Below, piece by piece: positions 7,427 to 16,513 of a stretch of 31,924 bases of DNA (its first letter is position 1; each line of letters begins with the position of its first letter). The stretch comes from an uncultured Candidatus Saccharimonas sp. GTDB lineage: Bacteria > Patescibacteriota > Saccharimonadia > Saccharimonadales > Saccharimonadaceae. Location: assembly GCA_964452965.1 (NCBI GenBank), contig CAYVRA010000001.1, positions 1 through 31,924 of the forward strand. The letters are read 5' to 3'. A program made the position numbers and the translations under genes. Under the pieces are notes generated by a model. It did no database searches. It was not told the origin of the DNA and was given only the letters and a program-made list of their open reading frames with translations.

Positions 7427-7457
7427 AAATAGCCCTCATTAGCCAGAGGGTTATTTT
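7427..7457 (+). terminator. Intrinsic terminator
   Basis: Stem AAATAGCCCTC/GAGGGTTATTT plus T tract after the stop at 7410. Confidence 0.65.
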
Positions 7458-7498
7458 ATACTTTAAAAATATGTAACAATTTGTTACAATATCTCTAC

Positions 7499-7582
7499 GC
7501 GCGAGTGGTGGAATGGTAGACACGCTAGCCTTAGGAGCTAGTGCCGCAAGGTGTGAAGGTTCAAGTCCTTTCTCGCGTACCA
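7499..7582 (+). tRNA. tRNA-Leu(TAG)
   Basis: Acceptor stem GCGCGAG/CTCGCGT, D loop GGAATGGTAGAC, anticodon arm CTAGC-CTTAGGA-GCTAG, long variable arm, TTCAAGT T loop and encoded CCA. Confidence 0.96.
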
Positions 7583-7603
7583 AACTTAATTATTATAAAT
7601 AAG

Positions 7604-7633
7604 AAATAAGAGGCTATCCGGCCTCTTATTTTT
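7604..7633 (+). terminator. Terminator after tRNA-Leu(TAG)
   Basis: AAATAAGAGGC-TATCCG-GCCTCTTATTTTT. Confidence 0.7.
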
Positions 7634-7807
7634 GTCTACTCAAAAATAGGCTTATGCTTTAGGTTATTAAGATAACTAACTTATAATACACCCAGGCAAG
7701 AACCTACCTTTTTGATCGATTTTTAATTTAGTAAATATTATAATTTTAACCATTATCTTCCCGCTTGTGCTATCATAAAGATAGTAAATTTGGGGGAATT
7801 TTGACTA

Positions 7808-9421
7808 ATGAATAAAATTGCACAGTATCTAAACGAACATATTCTAGGTGAAGTAAGTAGCAATAAATCTATACTGGATCAATTCTCACGCGATGGTAGC
7901 GTGCTTAGCGTAAAACCCGAATTAGTTATCAGCCCCAGGACAACTAACGATATCCGCAAAATCGCCCGATTCACCTGGCAATTAGCCGAAAAAGGCCATG
8001 TCATGCCAATTACAGTTCGAGGTAGCGGATCGGATAAAACTGGCGCCGCTATTGGCAAAGGTATTATCGTCAGCACCTTAGCTCATTTAAATAATATTAT
8101 TTTTGTAAACTTGCAAAAAAAAGAACAATTTATACATGTTCAGCCAGGCATAAACATTAGAACATTAAATGAAGTTTTAAAATCTCATGGATTAATTGTT
8201 CCTGGCGACTTCACATCCGAAGCTTACAGCACCTTAGGCGGCGCGGTCGCCAATAATTACAGTTCGGTCGGCAATATGCTAACACGAATGGAAGTTGTTT
8301 TAGCTAATGGCGACCTAATTGAAACTAGCCGAATCAGTAAACATGAATTAAGCAAGAAAAAAGGGCTACAAACATTCGAGGGAGAACTTTATCGCACAAT
8401 CGACGGCGTTATTGAAGATAACGAAAAACTGCTAGCCAGCAAAAACAGCGACCTGCCAAATAATACCGGTTATTTTGGAATTACAAAAGTCAAACAACGC
8501 GACGGATCATTTGACCTAACGCCATTAATTATCGGCAGCCAAGGCACACTTGGAATTATCTCTGAAATCGTTATTAAAGCTAATTTTCATAACAACCAAG
8601 AATCCGTTTTGGTGGCCACATTTGAAAACAGCCAAACTTCTAGGACCGCGGCCGACAGTCTACTGCAGCTGCAACCAAAGCAACTGGACATAATTGACGG
8701 AAAAATCTTTGAAAAAGCCAACGAAATTGGCAAACACTATGTATTCACTGATGATGTTAGCGAAGTTAATTCAGTTTTATATATAAGCTTCGGCGATTTT
8801 AGCGAAGGCGCTAGACGACACAAGATGAAAAAAGTAGCTAAAATTATAGCAAAACTAGATATAAATGCAAAAATATTCACCAGTAATGACCACGCTATTG
8901 AAGATCTTTACGCAGTTCGTGAGGTCAGTTCGGTTGTGCTACAATCCGAAACTGACGGCGAATCTATGCCACCACTGATCGACGGTATTATCACCCCATC
9001 CGACAAACGAGAAGAATTAATCGCCTCGTTAAAAGATTTGGCCGATAAAAACCATATCGACTTGCCTATGCAAATTAATTGGCTAACTGGCATAATTAAC
9101 ACGCGCACCGGATTGCAATTGCATAATATTACCGATAGACAAAAATTATTCAAACTAATAAATGATTGCGCTGAGTTGATCGCAAAACTAGATGGTAATA
9201 TAACAGCTGATTCGGGCGAGGGACGTCTAAAAGCCCCCGCAATTTATTCTCAAACAGATACCGAGATGCTTGAAATTTACAAACAAATTCGCGAAGCTTT
9301 TGACCCATTCGGCACATTAAATCCAGGCGTGAAACAACCAGCTGAGCTAAAAACTTTAATAGCCACCCTAAATCCAAACTATAGCCTAGCTGACATAGCC
9401 AAATACGCACCACGAATTTAA
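7808..9421 (+). CDS. FAD-binding oxidoreductase (FAD_binding_4 / GlcD / D-2-hydroxyacid dehydrogenase-like)
   Basis: RGSGSDKTG, STLGGAVANN, GSQGTLGII and the C-terminal FDPFGTLNPG motif. Confidence 0.85.
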   Translation: MNKIAQYLNEHILGEVSSNKSILDQFSRDGSVLSVKPELVISPRTTNDIRKIARFTWQLAEKGHVMPITVRGSGSDKTGAAIGKGIIVSTLAHLNNIIFVNLQKKEQFIHVQPGINIRTLNEVLKSHGLIVPGDFTSEAYSTLGGAVANNYSSVGNMLTRMEVVLANGDLIETSRISKHELSKKKGLQTFEGELYRTIDGVIEDNEKLLASKNSDLPNNTGYFGITKVKQRDGSFDLTPLIIGSQGTLGIISEIVIKANFHNNQESVLVATFENSQTSRTAADSLLQLQPKQLDIIDGKIFEKANEIGKHYVFTDDVSEVNSVLYISFGDFSEGARRHKMKKVAKIIAKLDINAKIFTSNDHAIEDLYAVREVSSVVLQSETDGESMPPLIDGIITPSDKREELIASLKDLADKNHIDLPMQINWLTGIINTRTGLQLHNITDRQKLFKLINDCAELIAKLDGNITADSGEGRLKAPAIYSQTDTEMLEIYKQIREAFDPFGTLNPGVKQPAELKTLIATLNPNYSLADIAKYAPRI

Positions 9422-9492
9422 AGTAGATTATAAATCTTAGATCATAGAATAATCTCAACACAATATCTTAATTGTAATATAATAATATCAAT

Positions 9493-9578
9493 GCGCGCGT
9501 GGTGGAATGGTAGACACGCCAGCTTCAGGTGCTGGTGCTAGCAGTAGTGTGGAGGTTCAAATCCTCTCGCGCGTACCA
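9493..9578 (+). tRNA. tRNA-Leu(CAG)
   Basis: Acceptor stem GCGCGCG/CGCGCGT, anticodon arm CCAGC-TTCAGGT-GCTGG, long variable arm, TTCAAAT T loop and encoded CCA. Confidence 0.96.
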
Positions 9579-9610
9579 AAAAAATGATAGCCGTAATGCT
9601 GTCATTTTTT
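9579..9610 (+). terminator. Terminator after tRNA-Leu(CAG)
   Basis: AAAAATGATAGC-CGTAAT-GCTGTCATTTTTT. Confidence 0.7.
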
Positions 9611-9664
9611 GTTGTTTTTTGACCTGTCCTTCATCGCTAAAAAGTAAAACATAGCGTAGCGTAG

Positions 9665-9693
9665 TTGACAATTCATAACATTTATGCTATTAT
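9665..9693 (+). promoter_or_regulatory. Sigma70-type promoter TTGACA-17-TATTAT
   Basis: Consensus hexamers upstream of the ORF at 9752. Confidence 0.65.
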
Positions 9694-9751
9694 TAAATCC
9701 TATCTGAATATAGCGTATTTAGGTAAGAAAATTGAAAAGGTCGTGTATTAA

Positions 9752-10180
9752 ATGAAGTACGTAATTGAGTACAAGCCAGATCCAGATTATGCGATAATCC
9801 ATCTATCAAAAAGGATTATCGGAGAGAAAAAAGTTTCAATTGGCGGCGGCCTCGAAGTGCTATATGGCAAAAATGCAAAACAACATGCTTTTGCACAAAA
9901 AATAGCGCATATCGATGGAGTTACGGAACTTGACATTGATGGATACAAAATATCCATAAGAAAAGGCAAAGTGTTCGACTGGCCGGAAATTTTACCAAAA
10001 ACAATAGACATCCTGGCCGAATTTGCCGACGGTGAAAGCATGATCGAAAAAATCATACCAAAAGAGGATAAAAGACCGAAAATTATTCAAGATCTTTCTA
10101 AAATATTTAGTCAGTCACCGTCATTTGAAGATGATGATGAAGATGATGAAGATTATAATAATGAGGAAGATGAAGAATAA
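9752..10180 (+). CDS. Small protein resembling the Nfu/NifU N-terminal scaffold domain, with an acidic tail
   Basis: IDGVTELDIDGYKISIRKGKVFDWPEILPKTIDIL resembles the Nfu_N pattern (I.GV..vf.....itv.K....dW..l.p.i...i). The C-terminus is D/E-rich. Confidence 0.6.
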   Translation: MKYVIEYKPDPDYAIIHLSKRIIGEKKVSIGGGLEVLYGKNAKQHAFAQKIAHIDGVTELDIDGYKISIRKGKVFDWPEILPKTIDILAEFADGESMIEKIIPKEDKRPKIIQDLSKIFSQSPSFEDDDEDDEDYNNEEDEE

Positions 10181-10205
10181 AACACTAAAGATCGCTGACA
10201 AAGTC

Positions 10206-10243
10206 AGCCCCCCCCTAATAAGATATTAGGGGGTTATTTTTTT
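10206..10243 (+). terminator. Intrinsic terminator
   Basis: C-rich and G-rich arms (CCCCCTAATA/TATTAGGGGG) followed by TTATTTTTTT. Confidence 0.7.
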
Positions 10244-10259
10244 GATATAATATTTTTAT

Positions 10260-10928
10260 ATGACCTTAAAAATTATCACATCTAATAAATTAGACGGCTC
10301 AATGAAATCTAGCCATGGTTTAAATTTTGCAGAAAATAACAAAAAGCGCATAGAATTACTTGAAAAAAATCACATAAATCCAGATGACACTACACTAGTC
10401 AGACTTAGCTATGACGGCGAAGATTACAAGCGCTATTTTACTATCAACGATAACCTCAAAGGCGACGGAATAACCATAGAGTCAACCATAAAAGCTGACG
10501 CCCTTGTCGTAACCGAACCAAATCACGCGCTATTTCTCCCCCTGGCCGATTGCATTGGCGCGGTCATATACGACCCTATTTTAAATATCCTAATGGTTTC
10601 CCATCTTGGCAGACACAATCTGGAACAATATGGCGGCACGGAATCTATAAATTATCTAGTTAAAAATCACAACGTAGATCCAAAAAGATTAACCGTATGG
10701 CTTAGTCCATCGGCCGGCAAAGATTCATATCCCGTTTTTAAATTTAATAATCGAAGCCTAAATGAAGTCGCAGTCGAGCAATTAATAAGAGCTGGCATAC
10801 TATCTAAAAATATAACAGTATCACCTATCGATACGACTAAAGACAAAGATTATTACTCCCATAGCCAATTTCTAAAAGACAAACGAGGAAACGACGGTCG
10901 ATTTGCTATAGCCGCATATTTTTCTTAA
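10260..10928 (+). CDS. pgeF: YfiH/PgeF family (laccase-domain, polyphenol-oxidase-like) protein
   Basis: ADALV, LADC.GAVIYDP, HLGR, LSPSAG and YYSH motifs. Confidence 0.8.
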   Translation: MTLKIITSNKLDGSMKSSHGLNFAENNKKRIELLEKNHINPDDTTLVRLSYDGEDYKRYFTINDNLKGDGITIESTIKADALVVTEPNHALFLPLADCIGAVIYDPILNILMVSHLGRHNLEQYGGTESINYLVKNHNVDPKRLTVWLSPSAGKDSYPVFKFNNRSLNEVAVEQLIRAGILSKNITVSPIDTTKDKDYYSHSQFLKDKRGNDGRFAIAAYFS

Positions 10929-10935
10929 ATCAAAT

Positions 10936-10980
10936 AAAATAGCCCCGACTTACCCACGCTGGTTGCGTAGGTGCCGGGGC
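10936..10980 (-). terminator. Terminator of pyrF-pyrE
   Basis: GCCCCGGCACCTACGC...GTGGGTAAGTCGGGGC followed by TATTTT on the minus strand. Confidence 0.6.
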
Positions 10981-11005
10981 CGTAAAGCGTTTTAGAAAGA
11001 AGTGA

Positions 11006-11701
11006 TTAACAGGTCGGATAGTCTGGCCGGCCTTCAATCCATTCGTGGCCATGTCCTGGCCTAAGTTTCATAGGAACTTGCACCTCGCACAACGGACAAG
11101 AACCCGCTTCGTAGACATTAAATCCATCAACATCCAGCAATGAGCAAAGCCATGGGACATCTACAGTTTCAGCGATCACTTCTTGATCTCGCCGAGCCAC
11201 TACGACAACGCCTTCGACTTTTCCGCCGGTTTTTTCGATAAGCTGTTTAACCAACCTTACACTTTTTGCAGTCGTCAGTAAATCGTCGATGATATAGCAT
11301 CTCGCGCCATCTATTATTTCGGCAAAGTTCAACTTCGGGTTCCATTCTGCAAAATCGTCACCTTCCGGATTTTTTTTCATATCGCACCAGGTAAAATTCT
11401 CAAAATCTCCTGCAATGGCAGCAAATTCCGCAAGTGTTCGCCCTAATGTTTCAGGACCAACCAGAACAACGCGTTTTTCATAGTCACCATCAGATAATGT
11501 GTTTTCGATGTCGTTTTCACGCCCATCAATTGCAGCTGCTATCATTTTACCTATTTCATTTAACACATTAACATGACCAGCAAGAACTCTGAGGTTAATA
11601 TAACCATCTGAGTGTTTGCCGCTCGTTAGAACAAGATGACTGCCTGTAATAGCAGCGTTAAATTCTTGCAATTGCTCTTTTAGCCATGCTTGATCTTTCA
11701 T
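11006..11701 (-). CDS. pyrE: Orotate phosphoribosyltransferase
   Basis: H.VLTSGKHSDGY, PRPP-binding IIDDLLTTAKS and C-terminal YEAGSCPLC; coupled to pyrF. Confidence 0.88.
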   Translation of the reverse strand: MKDQAWLKEQLQEFNAAITGSHLVLTSGKHSDGYINLRVLAGHVNVLNEIGKMIAAAIDGRENDIENTLSDGDYEKRVVLVGPETLGRTLAEFAAIAGDFENFTWCDMKKNPEGDDFAEWNPKLNFAEIIDGARCYIIDDLLTTAKSVRLVKQLIEKTGGKVEGVVVVARRDQEVIAETVDVPWLCSLLDVDGFNVYEAGSCPLCEVQVPMKLRPGHGHEWIEGRPDYPTC

Positions 11702-12516
11702 ACTAACCCACCTCCATTAACATTTTCCCAAATTCGCCCAAGATTGCCATAAAAGTCATTATTCTTACTAAGATCACGACCAATAACGAGCCTGGTTGCA
11801 CAATTTTTAAATGCAGCATAAGGCGTATTAACATTTGCTTGGTCATCACTGCCACTTGCAGGTAATCTAATTGCTGGGGTATTAATACCTAAAGCATTGT
11901 TAATTTCATGAACATTCAATGATTCTTCCGAAGAACATACCACATCTGTACAGCCGCAATCAAATGCAAGTTTAGCATAATCCAAGACAACTTCCATCCT
12001 GGATTTGCCATATTCCATTAAAACAGCGCTTTCTCTCTTAGGGGTAAGTAGAGTTACAGCACAAGAATTTGTACCTGCATCTTTACACAACTTAGAAAAA
12101 TCATGTAATAGGTCTAACGGATCTTCTGTTGGATTAGGGTTAAAATAACCTGGAGCCATACGCGTATCGCTACTGCCGGCCATAACATTTAACATCCATG
12201 GCTGACAATCAAGATACAGTTTTGTAATTTCAAGTATCTTAGACGGTATCTCAGCGAATTTCGTGTCAGCAAAAACTGCAACACCCAATCCTTGAACTTC
12301 TTTGATTATTTCTCGACCATACTTCTCAAAAAATAATCTATCCAACTTAACAGCAACCTCATCTTTTGGAAAATCACCATTAATTACTTCACGCAACACC
12401 TCTAATGTTACGTCTGCAGACCAAATAAACTTGCCTTGAAAATTTTCAAACAACCTAAACACGTCCTTTCTTCTTTCTAAATTGTAAAATACCCGTATTT
12501 TACGGGTCCTTCTCAT
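11698..12516 (-). CDS. pyrF: Orotidine-5'-phosphate decarboxylase (divergent)
   Basis: SAD, AVK, FADTKFAEIP (DxKxxD-like), VTLLT, GCTDVVCS, TPAIR, DDQ...TP and LVIGR; ATGA overlap with pyrE. Confidence 0.85.
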   Translation of the reverse strand: MRRTRKIRVFYNLERRKDVFRLFENFQGKFIWSADVTLEVLREVINGDFPKDEVAVKLDRLFFEKYGREIIKEVQGLGVAVFADTKFAEIPSKILEITKLYLDCQPWMLNVMAGSSDTRMAPGYFNPNPTEDPLDLLHDFSKLCKDAGTNSCAVTLLTPKRESAVLMEYGKSRMEVVLDYAKLAFDCGCTDVVCSSEESLNVHEINNALGINTPAIRLPASGSDDQANVNTPYAAFKNCATRLVIGRDLSKNNDFYGNLGRIWENVNGGGLV

Positions 12517-12562
12517 TCTCCTATGAGATTAACAATATTATAACACTTTTTAGACAGTAATC

Positions 12563-12592
12563 AAAAATAGCGGCCAAAACCGCTATTTTTTT
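12563..12592. terminator. Bidirectional terminator at the rsmD 3' end
   Basis: AAAAATAGCGG-CCAAAA-CCGCTATTTTT. Confidence 0.6.
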
Positions 12593-13122
12593 CGGTAGAA
12601 CGCAAGGGACGCTGTTCCGTAGCTACGATTGTCCACCACAACAATTCCATTGACGGGCGGCACCTCACCTTTACCTGGGTAAGATAATACCATAAGCCCA
12701 TTTGGTTTTAACAGCCCTCCTAGCCGGGCCACTGTGGATAACTGCAAATTATTATAGGGTGGGTCGGCAAAAATAATGTCGTAAAAATTACCTTGATTTT
12801 TATCAATCCAGGTGCTAACACCCATAGAATATGTTGTTGTTTTGTCATCAACGCCCAAAGCCTGTATATTCTCTGTTAAAATCCGTCCCGCTACCCTGTC
12901 ACGTTCAATAAACACAACAGATTTAGCACCACGGCTTAAAGCCTCTAAGCCTAATGATCCAGTACCAGCAAAAGTGTCTAAAACTTCAGCATCCTCAAAT
13001 TCACCACCAATAATACTGAATAATGAACCGCGGATACGATCGCCCATCGGATGAGTGATACGGCCATCGGGCGCCTGAATTGTGCGACCACCAAATTTTC
13101 CAGCTATAATTCGTAGATTCAT
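12583..13122 (-). CDS. rsmD: 16S rRNA (guanine966-N2)-methyltransferase
   Basis: LRIIAGKFGGR, LDTFAGTGSLGLEALSRGA and DIIFADPPY. Confidence 0.93.
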   Translation of the reverse strand: MNLRIIAGKFGGRTIQAPDGRITHPMGDRIRGSLFSIIGGEFEDAEVLDTFAGTGSLGLEALSRGAKSVVFIERDRVAGRILTENIQALGVDDKTTTYSMGVSTWIDKNQGNFYDIIFADPPYNNLQLSTVARLGGLLKPNGLMVLSYPGKGEVPPVNGIVVVDNRSYGTASLAFYRKK

Positions 13123-13129
13123 TTTATTC

Positions 13130-15160
13130 CTAATTTAGCGTAGTTAACCTTTGATAATATTGAACTTGATCAGCCAACTGCTTATATTCTAACAGATTAC
13201 TACCAGACTCAACAAAAGCCTTGGCCTGCATCGATGCACGACAAATTAGTTTAGTATCAGCTAGCGTAGCAATTTGCAGATTTAATGCACCATGCTGGGC
13301 TTTGCCATAAATCTCACCAGAGCCACGAAGTTTTAAGTCGACCTCGGCCAAATAAAAACCATCGTTGCTTTTTTCGATTTCTTTTAGCCGCTGAGTCGGT
13401 TTAGCACTAGTACTAGTAACTAGGTAGCAATAGCTTTGATGAACACTACGGCCAACTCGTCCTCGCAATTGATGAAGTTGAGACAGGCCAAATCGATCGG
13501 CATTTTCAATCATAATCACAGTCGCATTTGGCACATCAACGCCAACCTCAACAACCGTTGTGCTGACCAAGATATCGAATTCATTGGCCGCAAATTTTTG
13601 CATAACTTCACTTTTTTCGGCTGGTTTTAGCTTGCCGTGAAGCAACCCAATTTTACGGTGTTTAAAGATTGAGTTTTGTAATTTTACATGTTCAGCCTTG
13701 ACACTTTTTATCTCATTCTCAGGATTATCGTCAATCAGGCTGCAAATAACATAAGCTTGTCGACCGATAGCCAGCTGTTCGTCAATCTCGGCATATAACT
13801 GCGCCCGGCTGTTTGGCGACCAAATCTTGGTTTTTATCGGCAAACGACCCGCCGGCAGTTCATTCAAAATACTAATATCTAGTTCGCCATAAACCGTCAA
13901 TGCAAGGCTTCGTGGTATTGGAGTTGCCGTCATCGCCAACATATGCGGCATATATTGTGATTTTTTAAGCAATTCCTGCCGCTGGTTGACTCCAAAACGG
14001 TGCTGCTCGTCAATTACTACAAAACCAAGTTTGTGAAATTTGACTGATTCTTGAATCAGGGCATGCGTGCCGACTACAACCTGAACCGTGCCGTCTTGAA
14101 TATGATTATAAAGCTCTTTTCTAGCCGTGCCTTTAACGCTACCTGTTAATAAACCGACACTTAAACCAAAAGGTTGTAGTAACTTAACTAAAGTTTCAGC
14201 GTGTTGCGACGCCAGTATTTCGGTTGGCGCCATAATCGCCGTCTGCAAACCAATATGCGCAACCTGGCAAGCAACCAACCCGGCCACAACGGTTTTACCA
14301 GACCCAACATCACCTTGAAGCAACCGATTCATTGGAGTTTTTTGTTCTAAATCTTGGATTATTTCCCAGGCAGCAATTCTTTGTGAATTGGTCAATTTAA
14401 ACGGTAGTTTTTTCACAAAATCGCCCACAATACTTTTATTAAACGGTATTTGCCAGCCAATTAATTTTGCGTTTTCTTGGCGATTCAATTGGCTAGCTAG
14501 TAATAATTGAAATAATTCCTCAAAGGCCAGGCGTTCACGAGCTTTTTCGATATCATTAATATCTTCTGGGAAGTGCATCGTCAGGATTGCCTGACTGCGA
14601 GATATTAGCTTCTCATCTTTAATAACCTTAACCGGCAAAGTCTCGGACAGCATCGAAATTAACGGACGAAGTTCGTTTAAAATCTTACGCACGATTGGTG
14701 TTTTTAAACCTTTAATCGAACGATAAATTGGTAGAATTCGATCAGTTTGGACTGGCATATCTTTCACCAGTTCGGCACTAGGATTGGTTAATTGGTAGCG
14801 ATTGTAACTAAACTCAAATTCACCCGAAAAAAAGAACTCTTCGCCAGATTTTAATTGAGTCTCGCGATACGGTTGATTAAACCAAACCGCTTGAATTTTG
14901 CCAGTATCATCAAATAAAGTTGCTGTCGTAATGCGCAAACCCCGACGAACAGGTCTGGTTGAAATTTTTTCACAACGCGCCCTGATCGTCATCTTGCCGG
15001 GATGTATGTTAATAATCGACGTAACCTGCGAAAAATCCTCATATGCTCTAGGTAAAAAATCAATCAAGTCGCCGACTGTATCAATTCCAGCCAAAGTGAA
15101 TTGAGCCCCGATTTTTTCGCCAACACCTTTTATTCTCGCCAATGGCGACAGTAGATTCAT
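13130..15160 (-). CDS. recG: ATP-dependent DNA helicase RecG
   Basis: Wedge domain, LQGDVGSGKT, DEQHRFG, MTATPIPR and QLHQLRGRVGR. Confidence 0.97.
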   Translation of the reverse strand: MNLLSPLARIKGVGEKIGAQFTLAGIDTVGDLIDFLPRAYEDFSQVTSIINIHPGKMTIRARCEKISTRPVRRGLRITTATLFDDTGKIQAVWFNQPYRETQLKSGEEFFFSGEFEFSYNRYQLTNPSAELVKDMPVQTDRILPIYRSIKGLKTPIVRKILNELRPLISMLSETLPVKVIKDEKLISRSQAILTMHFPEDINDIEKARERLAFEELFQLLLASQLNRQENAKLIGWQIPFNKSIVGDFVKKLPFKLTNSQRIAAWEIIQDLEQKTPMNRLLQGDVGSGKTVVAGLVACQVAHIGLQTAIMAPTEILASQHAETLVKLLQPFGLSVGLLTGSVKGTARKELYNHIQDGTVQVVVGTHALIQESVKFHKLGFVVIDEQHRFGVNQRQELLKKSQYMPHMLAMTATPIPRSLALTVYGELDISILNELPAGRLPIKTKIWSPNSRAQLYAEIDEQLAIGRQAYVICSLIDDNPENEIKSVKAEHVKLQNSIFKHRKIGLLHGKLKPAEKSEVMQKFAANEFDILVSTTVVEVGVDVPNATVIMIENADRFGLSQLHQLRGRVGRSVHQSYCYLVTSTSAKPTQRLKEIEKSNDGFYLAEVDLKLRGSGEIYGKAQHGALNLQIATLADTKLICRASMQAKAFVESGSNLLEYKQLADQVQYYQRLTTLN

Positions 15161-15183
15161 AAGTATATTCTAACAGTAAACGA

Positions 15184-16398
15184 TTAACGAACTAAAACGA
15201 AACTGTTTTTACCTTTTTTAATCAAGATTGTCATACCAATAATCATATTATCAGTAACTTTTTTACCATTAATAGATATCGCATTATTCATAATTAATCG
15301 TCTAGCTTCACCATTACTGCTAGCCACACCCGACTCGGTTAAAGCTTCTACAACAGAATTACCAATCTTAACTGACGGTATCTCCTTGGCTAATAAATCT
15401 AAATCACTATTACTCAAAGATGAAACTTCAGAATCGCCAAACAAGGCAGCCGTTACGCGAACAACACTATCGGCACGATCTTGACCGTGAACCAATTTTG
15501 TAACTTCGTATGCTAAAGTTTTTTGGGCTAACCTGGCCGATGGATTATCTTTAGTTTTTATTTCTAAATCGTCAATCGTGGCTTTATCTAGTAATGTATA
15601 GATTTTAAGATAATCGATTACGCCCTCATCATCAGTGTTTAGCCAAAATTGATAAAATTTATAAACGCTAGTTTTATTCTCGTCCAGCCAAACAGCACCA
15701 TCTTCGGATTTACCAAATTTAACACCCGTAGCTTTGTTCATAATAAGAGGCATGGAATAAATATTAGCCTCGGCAGATTCCATTCGACGAATCAAATCAA
15801 CTCCAGCTAAGCAGTTACCCCATTGATCAGCTCCGCAAAGCTGCAAAGATACACCATATTCACGAAACAAATGAACAAAATCATAACCCTGAATTAGAGC
15901 ATAACTAAACTCAGCATAACTAATCCCAGCACCGCTATCACCCAGGCGAGACTTAACAAACTCACGACCCATCATTTGATTGATTGGCACATTTTTTCCA
16001 ACATCCCGTAGAAAATCAAGATAGTTTATATTTTTAAACCAATCATAGTTATCAACTAGAGTGAAGTTCTTACCAGCAAATAAGGTGGAATATTGGCTGG
16101 CGATACCGGCCTTATTTTTAGCTATTTCCTCAAGCGTCTTTAGATTGCGCTCATTAGCTTTGCCATCCGGATCGCCAATTAAACCAGTTGCTCCACCAAC
16201 CAACAGATACGCCTTATGACCATAATCTATAAAATGACGATTCATCATAGCAGCCGCTAAATTACCGACCGTCATACTATCAGAACTAGGGTCTACGCCA
16301 AAATAAAATGAAATTGGCTCACCGTCAAGTATTGATATATCACTATATGTCGTCTGGTTTACAAATCCACGCCAAGCTAGTTCTTCGGAAAGTTTCAT
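15184..16398 (-). CDS. tyrS: Tyrosine--tRNA ligase
   Basis: GVDPSSDSMTVGN (HIGH equivalent), QGYDF, GADQWGN, KFGKS and a C-terminal S4 domain. Confidence 0.97.
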   Translation of the reverse strand: MKLSEELAWRGFVNQTTYSDISILDGEPISFYFGVDPSSDSMTVGNLAAAMMNRHFIDYGHKAYLLVGGATGLIGDPDGKANERNLKTLEEIAKNKAGIASQYSTLFAGKNFTLVDNYDWFKNINYLDFLRDVGKNVPINQMMGREFVKSRLGDSGAGISYAEFSYALIQGYDFVHLFREYGVSLQLCGADQWGNCLAGVDLIRRMESAEANIYSMPLIMNKATGVKFGKSEDGAVWLDENKTSVYKFYQFWLNTDDEGVIDYLKIYTLLDKATIDDLEIKTKDNPSARLAQKTLAYEVTKLVHGQDRADSVVRVTAALFGDSEVSSLSNSDLDLLAKEIPSVKIGNSVVEALTESGVASSNGEARRLIMNNAISINGKKVTDNMIIGMTILIKKGKNSFVLVR

Positions 16399-16513
16399 TC
16401 TATCTCCATTGCTATTAATTCATCTGTTAGTATATCAAAGTATTGCAGGTTATGTATATGAATAATTATATAGATTATTCATGTTTAGTGTATAATTGTA
16501 AGCATTAATACTT

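Noticed and set aside
9150-9461. 103-aa minus ORF overlapping the oxidoreductase 3' end
   Set aside because: It is antisense to a well-supported gene and has no motifs.
7499-9578. Integrative element bounded by tRNA-Leu direct repeats
   Set aside because: Both are full-length tRNAs with different anticodons and their own terminators. There is no integrase and no truncated 3' att copy.
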